Shown here: positions 56,335 through 64,000 of the stretch, in pieces | How positions within the stretch are numbered: position 1 is the stretch's first letter | How the letters are laid out: the number at the start of each line of letters is the position of its first letter | Assembly: GCA_024641635.1 (NCBI GenBank) | Contig: JAHECS010000003.1 | Coordinates: 11,110 to 75,109, forward strand | From: Actinomycetes bacterium | Lineage (GTDB): Bacteria; Actinomycetota; Actinomycetes; S36-B12 | Length of the DNA: 64,000 nt | Reading direction: 5' to 3' | The notes under the pieces: model-generated | The model's input: the letters and a program-made list of their open reading frames with translations, nothing else | What the model was told of the DNA's origin: nothing | The model's database searches: none | Made by a program: the position numbers and the translations under genes

Positions 56335-56853
56335 ATGAGTGATGCCGTGGAGACCGTGGACACCACGGACGAGACCCGCTTGACCGGGGCCCAACTGCTC
56401 GAGAAGGAGGGTGACGCGGCCGCGGACTATCTCGAGGGCCTGCTCGACATCGCCGACCTCGACGGGGACATCGACATCGACGTCGAGGGGAATCGGGCGA
56501 TGGTGTCGGTCGTGGAGGCCTCGGCCGGAGAGCTCGGCCACCTTGTGGGGGACGACGGTCGGGTGCTCGACTCGCTCCAGGAGCTGACCCGGCTGGCCGC
56601 CACCCGCGAGACGGGTGAGCGGTCACGCCTCATGCTCGACGTCGCGGGCCATCGGGCGGCCCGGCGTGAGCAGCTCGTGGTGATCGCCAAGGAGGCGGTC
56701 GCGGAGGCGCAGCGGACAGCCGCGCCGGTGCGCCTTGATCCGATGAGCCCCTTTGAGCGCAAGGTCGTGCACGACGCCGTGGCCGAGGCCGGCCTCATCA
56801 GCGAGTCCGAGGGGGACGAGCCCGCTCGTCGTGTGGTCATCCGGACGGCCTGA
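56335..56853 (+). CDS. jag: Jag/KhpB-like KH-R3H RNA-binding protein
   Basis: ADYLEGLLDIADLDGDID, LQELTRLA, FERKVVHD, SESEG. Confidence 0.9.
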   Translation: MSDAVETVDTTDETRLTGAQLLEKEGDAAADYLEGLLDIADLDGDIDIDVEGNRAMVSVVEASAGELGHLVGDDGRVLDSLQELTRLAATRETGERSRLMLDVAGHRAARREQLVVIAKEAVAEAQRTAAPVRLDPMSPFERKVVHDAVAEAGLISESEGDEPARRVVIRTA

Positions 56854-56855
56854 CC

Positions 56856-57521
56856 ATGGTTTCCCGTGAAACATCGGGACCTGCGCCAGACCTGCCTGCG
56901 TGGCTGGCCCCCGCTGGCGCGAGCCTGACGGCTTTCGCGGATCTGCTGGCGGACGTGGGAGTGGCTCGCGGCCTGATCGGACCTCGCGAGGTGCCCCGCC
57001 TGTGGCAGCGCCACCTGCTCAACTGCGCCGTGGTCGCGAACCCGGATGAGGGACTCGTTCCCGCCGGCTGCCGCGTTGCGGACGTCGGCTCCGGAGCTGG
57101 CCTCCCCGGTCTTGTCTGGGCTATCGCCCGCGCCGACATCACGGTCGTACTGATCGAACCGCTGCTCCGACGCAGCACGTTCCTCACCGAGGCGGTCGAC
57201 GAACTCGGGCTGGGCGATCGGGTCCTGGTGTGGCGTGGCCGTGCCGAGGATGCTGCCGACACGATCCCGGCCGTGGACGTTGTGACCGCGCGGGCGGTGG
57301 CGCCGATGGAGCGGCTTCTTGGCTGGACTGTTCCGCTGCTCACCGAGGGTGGCCGGCTGGTTGCCTTGAAGGGCAGCAGTGCGGCCAAGGAGGTCGAGGA
57401 CGCACGGACCGCGGCGTCCGACGCGGGACTGTCGGATCTCGAGGTGCTCCAGGTGGGTGCCGGCGTCGTCGACCCAACGACCACCGTCGTGGTGGGGGTG
57501 CGCCGTAGGATGAGCGGGTGA
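56856..57521 (+). CDS. rsmG: 16S rRNA m7G527 methyltransferase
   Basis: GLIGPRE...RHLLNC, DVGSGAGLPG, EPLLRR, TARAVA, LKG. Confidence 0.94.
   Translation: MVSRETSGPAPDLPAWLAPAGASLTAFADLLADVGVARGLIGPREVPRLWQRHLLNCAVVANPDEGLVPAGCRVADVGSGAGLPGLVWAIARADITVVLIEPLLRRSTFLTEAVDELGLGDRVLVWRGRAEDAADTIPAVDVVTARAVAPMERLLGWTVPLLTEGGRLVALKGSSAAKEVEDARTAASDAGLSDLEVLQVGAGVVDPTTTVVVGVRRRMSG
56858..56873. promoter_or_regulatory. parS: parS site 1 (within rsmG codons VSRET)
   Basis: GGTTTCCCGTGAAACA vs consensus TGTTTCACGTGAAACA (2 mismatches). Confidence 0.85.
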
Positions 57522-57661
57522 CCCAGCCTCCCGTCTCCGTTGTGAGGACGGACCAGCACAGGGAGCCGGCGGGCCTGGGTTGGCCCCCCGAGACGACTGA
57601 GGATGTTTCACGGGAAACTGCCGCGGATGCTGCGCCCGTGGGCCTGGGCTGGCCCGTATGA
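57518..57661 (+). CDS. Putative 47-aa peptide between rsmG and parA
   Basis: GTGA overlap with rsmG stop and ATGA overlap with parA start; MTQPPVSVVRTDQHREPAGLGWPPETTEDVSRETAADAAPVGLGWPV. Confidence 0.5.
   Translation: MTQPPVSVVRTDQHREPAGLGWPPETTEDVSRETAADAAPVGLGWPV
57604..57619. promoter_or_regulatory. parS: parS site 2
   Basis: TGTTTCACGGGAAACT (2 mismatches to consensus); its 14-bp core is the exact reverse complement of the site 1 core. Confidence 0.85.
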
Positions 57662-58467
57662 CCCCGGCAACGCGGATCATCACCGTTGCCAACCAGAAGG
57701 GCGGCGTCGGCAAGACCACGAGCACGGTCAACATCGCCGCGGCGATCGCTCAAGCGGGACACTCCGTGCTGGTCATCGACATGGATCCCCAGGGCAACGC
57801 TTCGACGGCCCTCGGCGCGACGCATCACGAGGGGGTACCGAGTGTCTACGAGGTGCTCTCCGGCGATCTCGCCCTGGTAGACATCCTGCAGGAGTGCCCT
57901 GACATACCGGGCCTGTGGACCGCGCCGGCCACCATCGACCTCGCCGGGGCGGAGATCGAGCTGGTGGCCCTGGTGGCGCGGGAGTACCGGTTGGCGCGGG
58001 CGATCGATGCGCTCCTCGCGACGCGGCACTTCGACTACCTGTTCCTTGACTGCCCGCCCAGCCTCGGACTGCTCACCTTGAACGGCCTGGTGGCGGCGCG
58101 TGAGGTGCTGCTGCCGATCCAGTGCGAGTACTACGCCCTCGAGGGGCTCTCTCAGCTGCTACGGACGATCGACATGGTGCGGACCCACCTCAATCCGTCA
58201 CTTGTGGTCAGCGCCATCCTGCTGACCATGTACGACGGCCGCACACGACTCGCGTCCCAGGTCGCCAACGAGGTCCGGACGCATTTCGGCGCGCAGGTGC
58301 TCGACACCGTCATCCCGCGGTCGGTTCGGGTGTCCGAGGCACCGTCATACGGACAGTCGGTGGTGACCTACGACCCCACCTCCTCGGGTGCCTTGGCCTA
58401 CCGCGAGGCGGCCGCACAAGTGGTGTCGCTTGTACACAACAATACACATAGTTATCCACAGACATAA
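57658..58467 (+). CDS. parA: Chromosome partitioning ATPase ParA/Soj
   Basis: NQKGGVGKTT, DMDPQGNAS, DCPPSLG, QCEYYALEG, SEAPSYG. Confidence 0.95.
   Translation: MTPATRIITVANQKGGVGKTTSTVNIAAAIAQAGHSVLVIDMDPQGNASTALGATHHEGVPSVYEVLSGDLALVDILQECPDIPGLWTAPATIDLAGAEIELVALVAREYRLARAIDALLATRHFDYLFLDCPPSLGLLTLNGLVAAREVLLPIQCEYYALEGLSQLLRTIDMVRTHLNPSLVVSAILLTMYDGRTRLASQVANEVRTHFGAQVLDTVIPRSVRVSEAPSYGQSVVTYDPTSSGALAYREAAAQVVSLVHNNTHSYPQT
58430..58460 (+). promoter_or_regulatory. DnaA boxes in the AT-rich 3' end of parA
   Basis: TTGTACACA at 58430, perfect TTATCCACA at 58452. Confidence 0.65.
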
Positions 58468-58517
58468 ACCTACAAAAGGTATATTTCGAGCAAGTTTTCC
58501 CCGAAAGGACGGATGAC

Positions 58518-59477
58518 GTGTCGGCACCGAAGCGCGGTCTGGGCAGGGGTCTGGGTGCGCTCATCCCGCCGTCACCCCCGGGTGGGTCGACGGAGCTCCG
58601 CGACGTCGAGAGCCAGGGTCAGCCCCCGGGCGACGTGCCGGGCCTGGTGCCGGGCGCGGTCTACGCCGAGATCCCCATCGACCTCGTGCTGCCGAACCCG
58701 CGTCAGCCGCGAACGGTGTTCGACGAGGACGCCCTGGCCGAGCTCGTCTTCTCCATCCGCGAGATCGGTCTTCTCCAGCCCATCGTCGTGCGTCGAACCG
58801 AGGGTGATGCCTTCGAGCTGATCGCCGGAGAGCGCCGCCTGCGCGCTTCGCGGGAGGCCGGACTGGGCGTCATCCCTGCGATCATCCGGGACACCGACGA
58901 CGACGCGATGCTGCGCGACGCCCTGCTGGAGAACCTGCACAGGGCCGATCTGAACCCGTTGGAGGAGGCAGCGGCCTACCAGCAGCTGCTCTCGGACTTC
59001 GGCTGCACCCAGGACGAGCTCGCCCGTCGCATCGGACGGTCACGCCCCCAGGTGTCGAACACCCTGCGACTGCTCAAGCTCCCGCCCGACGTCCAGCGCA
59101 GGGTGGCTGCTGGAGTCATCAGCGCGGGCCATGCCCGAGCCCTCCTGTCGCTCGACGACACGGCCGCGATGGAGGCCCTGGCCACCCGGATCGTCGCCGA
59201 GGGCCTGAGCGTCCGGGCGGTCGAGGAGATCATCATCGTGGGCGATGCCGACGGCCGGCGGCGCAGGTCATCCCCTCGCACACGGGTCTCCCGGCCCCGC
59301 GACCCGGAACTGGCCGATGCGCTGGCCGAGCTGGCGTCGAGTGTCGCCGACGCACTCGACACCCGCGCTGGCATCGACGGGTTCGGCACGGCGAGGTCCC
59401 GCGGGCGGCTGGTCGTCGAATGCGCTGACGTCGAGGACCTGCGGCGGATCGCGGAGCTGATCAGCTCGATCGGCTGA
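58518..59477 (+). CDS. parB: Chromosome partitioning protein ParB
   Basis: GLGRGLGALI, PNPRQPR, GLLQPIVVR, IAGERRLRA, ENLHRADLNPLEEA, SAGHARALL. Confidence 0.96.
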   Translation: MSAPKRGLGRGLGALIPPSPPGGSTELRDVESQGQPPGDVPGLVPGAVYAEIPIDLVLPNPRQPRTVFDEDALAELVFSIREIGLLQPIVVRRTEGDAFELIAGERRLRASREAGLGVIPAIIRDTDDDAMLRDALLENLHRADLNPLEEAAAYQQLLSDFGCTQDELARRIGRSRPQVSNTLRLLKLPPDVQRRVAAGVISAGHARALLSLDDTAAMEALATRIVAEGLSVRAVEEIIIVGDADGRRRRSSPRTRVSRPRDPELADALAELASSVADALDTRAGIDGFGTARSRGRLVVECADVEDLRRIAELISSIG

Positions 59478-60414
59478 CCGCTGCCGTCACGAGCTCGGCG
59501 GTCAGGGCTCCCAGCGACTCCTCGGCGGCGCCCAGCGCCTGGGGGAACAGCGACGTCTCGGTCATCCCGGGTGCGACGTTCACCTCGAGGAACCACGGCA
59601 CGCCCTCGGCATCCACGATGAGGTCCGTGCGGGACCAGTCGCGAAGCCCGAGCAGCAGGTGCACGTTCAGCGCGACCGCCTGGGCCCGCTCGGCGGTCTC
59701 GTCGCTGAGTCGGGCTGGGCAGAAGAACTCGGTCGTGCCGGCGGTGTAGCGCGCCGCGTAGTCGTACAGCTCGCCCGGAGGCACGATCTCCACTCCGGAC
59801 AGGGCCAGCAGGTCGTCGTCGCGCTCGAACACGCCGATCGCTACCTCGGTGCCCGACACGTATCGCTCCATGAGGACGACGTCGCCGTAGGCGAACGCGC
59901 CGACCATGGCCGCCGGCAGCTCCTCGGCCGTGTGCACGATCGCGGTTCCGAGAGACGACCCGCCTCGCGTGGGCTTGACCACCAGGGGCAGGCCCAGCTG
60001 CTCCACCACGGCGTCCAGCACGGCAGGCGCGCCGAGCTCTCGAAACGTCGACTGCGGCATGGCCACGCACGGAGGCGTGCTCAGGCCCGCCTGGACGGCG
60101 AGCTCCTTGGCCACCGGCTTGTCGAAGGCCAGACGGCTGGCCGCGGCTCCCGAGCCGACGAACGGGATGCCCAGTGACTCGAGGACGTCTCGCAGCGCGC
60201 CGTCCTCACCGGCAGCGCCGTGCAGCAGGGGGACGATGCAGTCGGGCCGATGCTGGCGCAGCCGGTCGAGCAGGAGGCCGTCGACGTCATGCTCGGCCAC
60301 CTCCCAGCCGGGCTGGTCCGTCCGAAGGGCCTCGGCGACCCGGCGGCCTGAGCGCAGGGAGACGTCCCGCTCGGCGGACAGTCCGCCGGACAGCACCAGA
60401 ACGTGCATCTGCAC
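59461..60414 (-). CDS. D-alanine--D-alanine ligase family protein
   Basis: GGLSAERDVSLRSG, LHGAAGEDG, VKP...GSS, YDYAARY, LEVNVAPGMTETS. Confidence 0.88.
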   Translation of the reverse strand: MQMHVLVLSGGLSAERDVSLRSGRRVAEALRTDQPGWEVAEHDVDGLLLDRLRQHRPDCIVPLLHGAAGEDGALRDVLESLGIPFVGSGAAASRLAFDKPVAKELAVQAGLSTPPCVAMPQSTFRELGAPAVLDAVVEQLGLPLVVKPTRGGSSLGTAIVHTAEELPAAMVGAFAYGDVVLMERYVSGTEVAIGVFERDDDLLALSGVEIVPPGELYDYAARYTAGTTEFFCPARLSDETAERAQAVALNVHLLLGLRDWSRTDLIVDAEGVPWFLEVNVAPGMTETSLFPQALGAAEESLGALTAELVTAAVSRSS

Positions 60415-60416
60415 TC

Positions 60417-61715
60417 CTACAGGAGATCCGGGGCAGGCACGCTCGTCCCGGTGACGGGAGCGAGACCGTGCGCCGTGCCGAAGGTGTGGACCAGTTCAAG
60501 CTCGGTCTCGATGACGGCGGCGAGCCGGCGGACCCCCTCGCGGATCCGATCGGGCTCGGGATAGCAGTAGGACAGGCGCAGGTTCTGACGTCCGTCGCCG
60601 TCGGCGTAGAAGCCCGTTCCGGGAACGTACGCGACGAGGTTCGCGACCGCGCGGGGCAGCATGGCGGTGGCGTCCAGGCCCTCCGGGAGGGTCAGCCACG
60701 AGTAGAACCCCCCCGCGGGGATCGTCCACGTGGTGCCGTCGGGCATCAGTGCCTGCAGCGACTCCAGCAGGGCGTCGCGACGCTCGCGGTAGACCTCCTG
60801 GAAGGTCTTGATCTGCTCTCGCCACGGCTGCGTGGCGAGGTACTCGGACACGGTCAGCTGCGCGTAGTTGCTCGGGCACAGGACTGCCGCCTCGGCGGCC
60901 AGCACGAGCTTCTCGCGGACACCGTGGGGCGCGACGGCCCATCCGACACGAAGCCCCGCTGCGATGGTCTTGGAGAAGGAACCGAGGTAGATGACCCCGT
61001 CCGCGTCGTCGGCGCGGATGGCACGGGGAGGCTCGCCCTCGAACCCGAGAAGGCCGTAGGGGTCATCTTCGAGCAGGGCGATCCCGGCGGACTGGGCGAT
61101 GGCGAGGATCTCGCTGCGTCGTGCAGGGCCCTGCGTGACACCGGCGGGGTTGTGGAAGCTGGGAATCGTGTAGATCAGCTTGATGCGCTTGCCTGCGGCG
61201 CGAACGGTGGTGATCGCCTCCGAGAGCGCCGCGGGGACGAGCCCCTCATCATCCATGGCGACATGCACGATCTCGCACTCGTACGCGCGGAAGACGCCGA
61301 GCGCGCCGACGTAGGAGGGCGCCTCCACGAGCACGACGTCGCCTGGGTCGCAGAAGACCCGCGTCACCAGGTCCAGCGCCATCTGGGACCCCGTGGTCAC
61401 GACGATGTCATCGGGATGGGCGACGACGCCCACCTCGCCGATGACCTCCAGGATCTGCTCGCGCAGGGTGACGTCGCCCTGCCCGGAGCCGTACTGCAGT
61501 GCCGTCGCACCTCGTTCGACAAGGAGTCGCTCGGCAGTGGCGGTGAGCATGTCGATCGGGAGGGCCTGGACGTACGGCATGCCGCCGGCCAGCGAGACGA
61601 CCTCGGGCCGGGATGCCACGGCGAAGAGGGCCCGGATCTCCGACGCCCTCATCGCGTTGGCGCGGCTGGCGTACGAATCCACCCAGGGATCCAGCCGGGA
61701 TCCACCCGTCGTCAT
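60417..61715 (-). CDS. PLP-dependent aminotransferase class I/II
   Basis: SLAGGMP, TGSQMALD, FHNPAG, EDDPY, GSFSKTIAAGLRVGW. Confidence 0.9.
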   Translation of the reverse strand: MTTGGSRLDPWVDSYASRANAMRASEIRALFAVASRPEVVSLAGGMPYVQALPIDMLTATAERLLVERGATALQYGSGQGDVTLREQILEVIGEVGVVAHPDDIVVTTGSQMALDLVTRVFCDPGDVVLVEAPSYVGALGVFRAYECEIVHVAMDDEGLVPAALSEAITTVRAAGKRIKLIYTIPSFHNPAGVTQGPARRSEILAIAQSAGIALLEDDPYGLLGFEGEPPRAIRADDADGVIYLGSFSKTIAAGLRVGWAVAPHGVREKLVLAAEAAVLCPSNYAQLTVSEYLATQPWREQIKTFQEVYRERRDALLESLQALMPDGTTWTIPAGGFYSWLTLPEGLDATAMLPRAVANLVAYVPGTGFYADGDGRQNLRLSYCYPEPDRIREGVRRLAAVIETELELVHTFGTAHGLAPVTGTSVPAPDLL

Positions 61716-61798
61716 ACCGCTCACCTCCGACCTGAACCGCGTCACGCGCAGGGGGCGGTGACCTGCCTAGAGTAGGGGCTAGCGAAGGAGGCTCCGAC

Positions 61799-61897
61799 AT
61801 GCGGCGTGCGCTGGGTCTGCTCGGCCTCATCGGCCTGGGAGTGCTGCTGGGCTTCCTCGTCCGCCTGCTCTGGCCACGGCGGACCCCGACTAGGTAG
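61799..61897 (+). CDS. Putative 32-aa single-pass membrane peptide
   Basis: GAAGGAGG RBS 7 nt before ATG; MRRALGLLGLIGLGVLLGFLVRLLWPRRTPTR. Confidence 0.65.
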   Translation: MRRALGLLGLIGLGVLLGFLVRLLWPRRTPTR

Positions 61898-62936
61898 GGG
61901 CGCAGAACCTGGTGAGTGCCTCGGCCAGGCCGTCCGCCACCGTGTGCTGGAAGGACGTGCTCGTGAGCCTCCTGGCGTCGGCGGGGTTCGACAGGTAGCC
62001 GAGCTCGACGCGGACCGCGGGCATCCTGGTCAGGCGAAGGAGGTCCCAGGTGCGGGGATGCGTGTGGCAGTCCAGCAGGTCCGTTCGCGAGACGAGCTCC
62101 TCCTGGACCCGCTCGGCAAGGAGCCGCCCGCTCGGTGAGTGCACCCCGCCGCGTGGATCACCGAAGTAGTAGGTGACGAGCCCGTTGGGCTCCGGACTGC
62201 TGGCGCGGTCGACGTGCAGGGAGAGCACGAGGTCAGCGCCGACGTCGTTCGCGAACTGGGCCCGGGCAGGGTCGTCGGGGAAGGCGCCGCCGTCGATGCG
62301 TGCTGGGCGAGTGAGCAGGACCTGGGTGCCCAGCGCAGCCAGCCGTCCCTCGACCCGGACCGCGATGGCATGGCAGAGATCCGCGTCCACGGCGTCGCCA
62401 GGATCGATCACCACGACCTTGTCCGCGACCCCGGACTGCAGTTCGGACATCGTCACCTGTTCGCGCAGCAGCGCCGCATTGCCGCCGGAGATGGTGCGCA
62501 CGAGGCGGTCGAATGCGCGGAACGTGTCGGGGCCGCACGTCCCGTCGGACGTGACGCCGACCCCCTTCTGGAACTCGCGCAGGGCGGCGTCTGTCTGAGC
62601 CCCGAAGAGACCGTCGGGCCGTCCGGAGGCGAAGCCGAGCTGGTTCAGCCGGCGTTGCAGCTCGGTGACGTCGTCGCCGGCCATGAGGTGACCCGGAATG
62701 TAGGACAGCACGCGGTCGCCGAGCTGCCAGCGCGCCTCCTCGAGTCGCCTGAAGGTGTGCGGACCGACGACGCCGTCGACGGTGATTCCTCGCTCCTGCT
62801 GGAAGGCGCGAACAGCCCGGTCGAGCTCGTCGTCGAACGCGTCCGGATCAGGCGCGTTCGTGTCACACAGTCCGAGGTGCGCGAGCCGCGCGCGCACCTC
62901 CGCGACGGCCGCCCCGGTGTCCCCGCGGCGGAGCAC
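61890..62936 (-). CDS. cwlM: CwlM-like N-acetylmuramoyl-L-alanine amidase-family protein with two PG-binding domains
   Basis: LRRGDTG...AVRAFQQERG...DGVVGPHT; GDDV...LQ...DGTCGPDT; LSLH, MPAVRVELGYLSN; position after trxA. Confidence 0.82.
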   Translation of the reverse strand: MLRRGDTGAAVAEVRARLAHLGLCDTNAPDPDAFDDELDRAVRAFQQERGITVDGVVGPHTFRRLEEARWQLGDRVLSYIPGHLMAGDDVTELQRRLNQLGFASGRPDGLFGAQTDAALREFQKGVGVTSDGTCGPDTFRAFDRLVRTISGGNAALLREQVTMSELQSGVADKVVVIDPGDAVDADLCHAIAVRVEGRLAALGTQVLLTRPARIDGGAFPDDPARAQFANDVGADLVLSLHVDRASSPEPNGLVTYYFGDPRGGVHSPSGRLLAERVQEELVSRTDLLDCHTHPRTWDLLRLTRMPAVRVELGYLSNPADARRLTSTSFQHTVADGLAEALTRFCAPT

Positions 62937-62940
62937 GTGG

Positions 62941-63261
62941 CTACAAGTAGGGGGCGAGGTCGGCGAGCAGGGCGGCCTTGGGCTTGGCACCGATGATCGT
63001 CTTGACGATCTGCCCGCCCTGGTACACGTTCATCGTGGGGATCGAGGTGATGCCGTACGAGGCGGCGGTGTGCGGGTTCTCGTCGACGTTGAGCTTGGCC
63101 ACGACGACACCGTCGTTCTCGGACGCGATCTGCTCGAGGATGGGAGCGATCATCTTGCACGGACCGCACCACTCCGCCCAGAAGTCGACGATGACCGGCT
63201 TGTCGCTCATCAGGACGTCGTCCGCGAAGCTCGCGTCGGTGACCTGCTTGGTGGCTCCCAT
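62941..63261 (-). CDS. trxA: Thioredoxin
   Basis: DFWAEWCGPCK, SIPT. Confidence 0.96.
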   Translation of the reverse strand: MGATKQVTDASFADDVLMSDKPVIVDFWAEWCGPCKMIAPILEQIASENDGVVVAKLNVDENPHTAASYGITSIPTMNVYQGGQIVKTIIGAKPKAALLADLAPYL

Positions 63262-63311
63262 GGTGGATCTCCTACTGGTCGGAACGGGTGTCGTCGGTGC
63301 GTTGGCTCAGG

Positions 63312-64000
63312 CTACTCGCTGGACGCGAGGAACCGCTCCGCGTCGAGCGCGGCTGCGCAGCCGGATCCGGCTGCCGTGATGGCTTGACGGTACGTGTGGT
63401 CGACGAGGTCGCCGCAGGCGAAGACGCCGTCCACGTTGGTGGCCGTGCTCCTGCCCTGAACGACGACGTAGCCCTCGTCGTCGAGGTCGACCTGGCCCTT
63501 GACCAGCTCCGAGCGCGGGTCGTGCCCGATGGCCACGAACAGGCCGGTCACCGGAAGTTCACGGCTCGCTCCCGTGACAGTGTCCGTGAGCACGATGCCG
63601 GACACCTTGTCGTCGCCGACGACGTCCTCGACGGTGCTGTTCCAGGCGAAGCGCAGCTTGTCGTTCGCGAAGGCCCGCTCCTGCATGATCTTGCTGGCGC
63701 GCAGGGAGTCGCGCCTGTGCACGAGCGTGACGGTGTCGGCGAACCGGGTGAGGAAGGTGGCCTCCTCGATCGCGGAGTCTCCGCCGCCGACGACAGCGAT
63801 GTCCTGACCCCGGAAGAAGAAGCCGTCGCAGGTGGCACACCACGAGACGCCGTGGCCGGAGAGACGCTTCTCGTTGGGGAGGCCGAGCTCGCGGTAGGCC
63901 GATCCCATGGCCAGGATGACCGCCCGCGCCTGATGAGTGGTGCCGGCGCCGTCGACCACGGTCTTCACGTCGCCGGAGAGGTCCATGCTGACGATGTCGT
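63312..64000 (-). CDS. trxB: Thioredoxin reductase (5' end beyond the window)
   Basis: [39 protein letters not shown]. Confidence 0.95.
   Translation of the reverse strand, partial: DIVSMDLSGDVKTVVDGAGTTHQARAVILAMGSAYRELGLPNEKRLSGHGVSWCATCDGFFFRGQDIAVVGGGDSAIEEATFLTRFADTVTLVHRRDSLRASKIMQERAFANDKLRFAWNSTVEDVVGDDKVSGIVLTDTVTGASRELPVTGLFVAIGHDPRSELVKGQVDLDDEGYVVVQGRSTATNVDGVFACGDLVDHTYRQAITAAGSGCAAALDAERFLASSE

Overview
High-GC actinobacterial chromosome segment that contains the replication origin. From about 31 kb to 64 kb it is the canonical actinobacterial oriC neighbourhood: tRNA-Leu, fhaA-fhaB-pstP-rodA-pbpA-pknB, pabA, DUF881, crgA, rhomboid, ppiA, tRNA-Ala/DLW-39/tRNA-Ile, DUF3566, gyrAB, DUF721, recF, dnaN, oriC, dnaA, rpmH-rnpA-yidD-yidC-jag-rsmG-parA-parB, ddl-like ligase, aminotransferase, CwlM-like amidase and trxAB. 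From 1 to 19.8 kb it is an accessory surface-polysaccharide region: GT4/GT2/GT-C-like transferases, a sulfotransferase-like gene, rmlC, a priming sugar transferase, DUF4012, a secreted repeat protein, two clan GH-A glycosidases and a methyltransferase, punctuated by REP-like palindromes. The 20-31 kb stretch holds mixed metabolic, repair and signalling genes. No CRISPR array, integrase, transposase or rRNA was seen. The best leads are the glycan synthesis/remodelling module (8.5-19 kb), a doubly coupled 47-aa ORF carrying parS between rsmG and parA, satellite DnaA-box clusters, a degenerate GGDEF protein and unannotated small peptides. All family calls come from motif recognition by eye; no database search was run.
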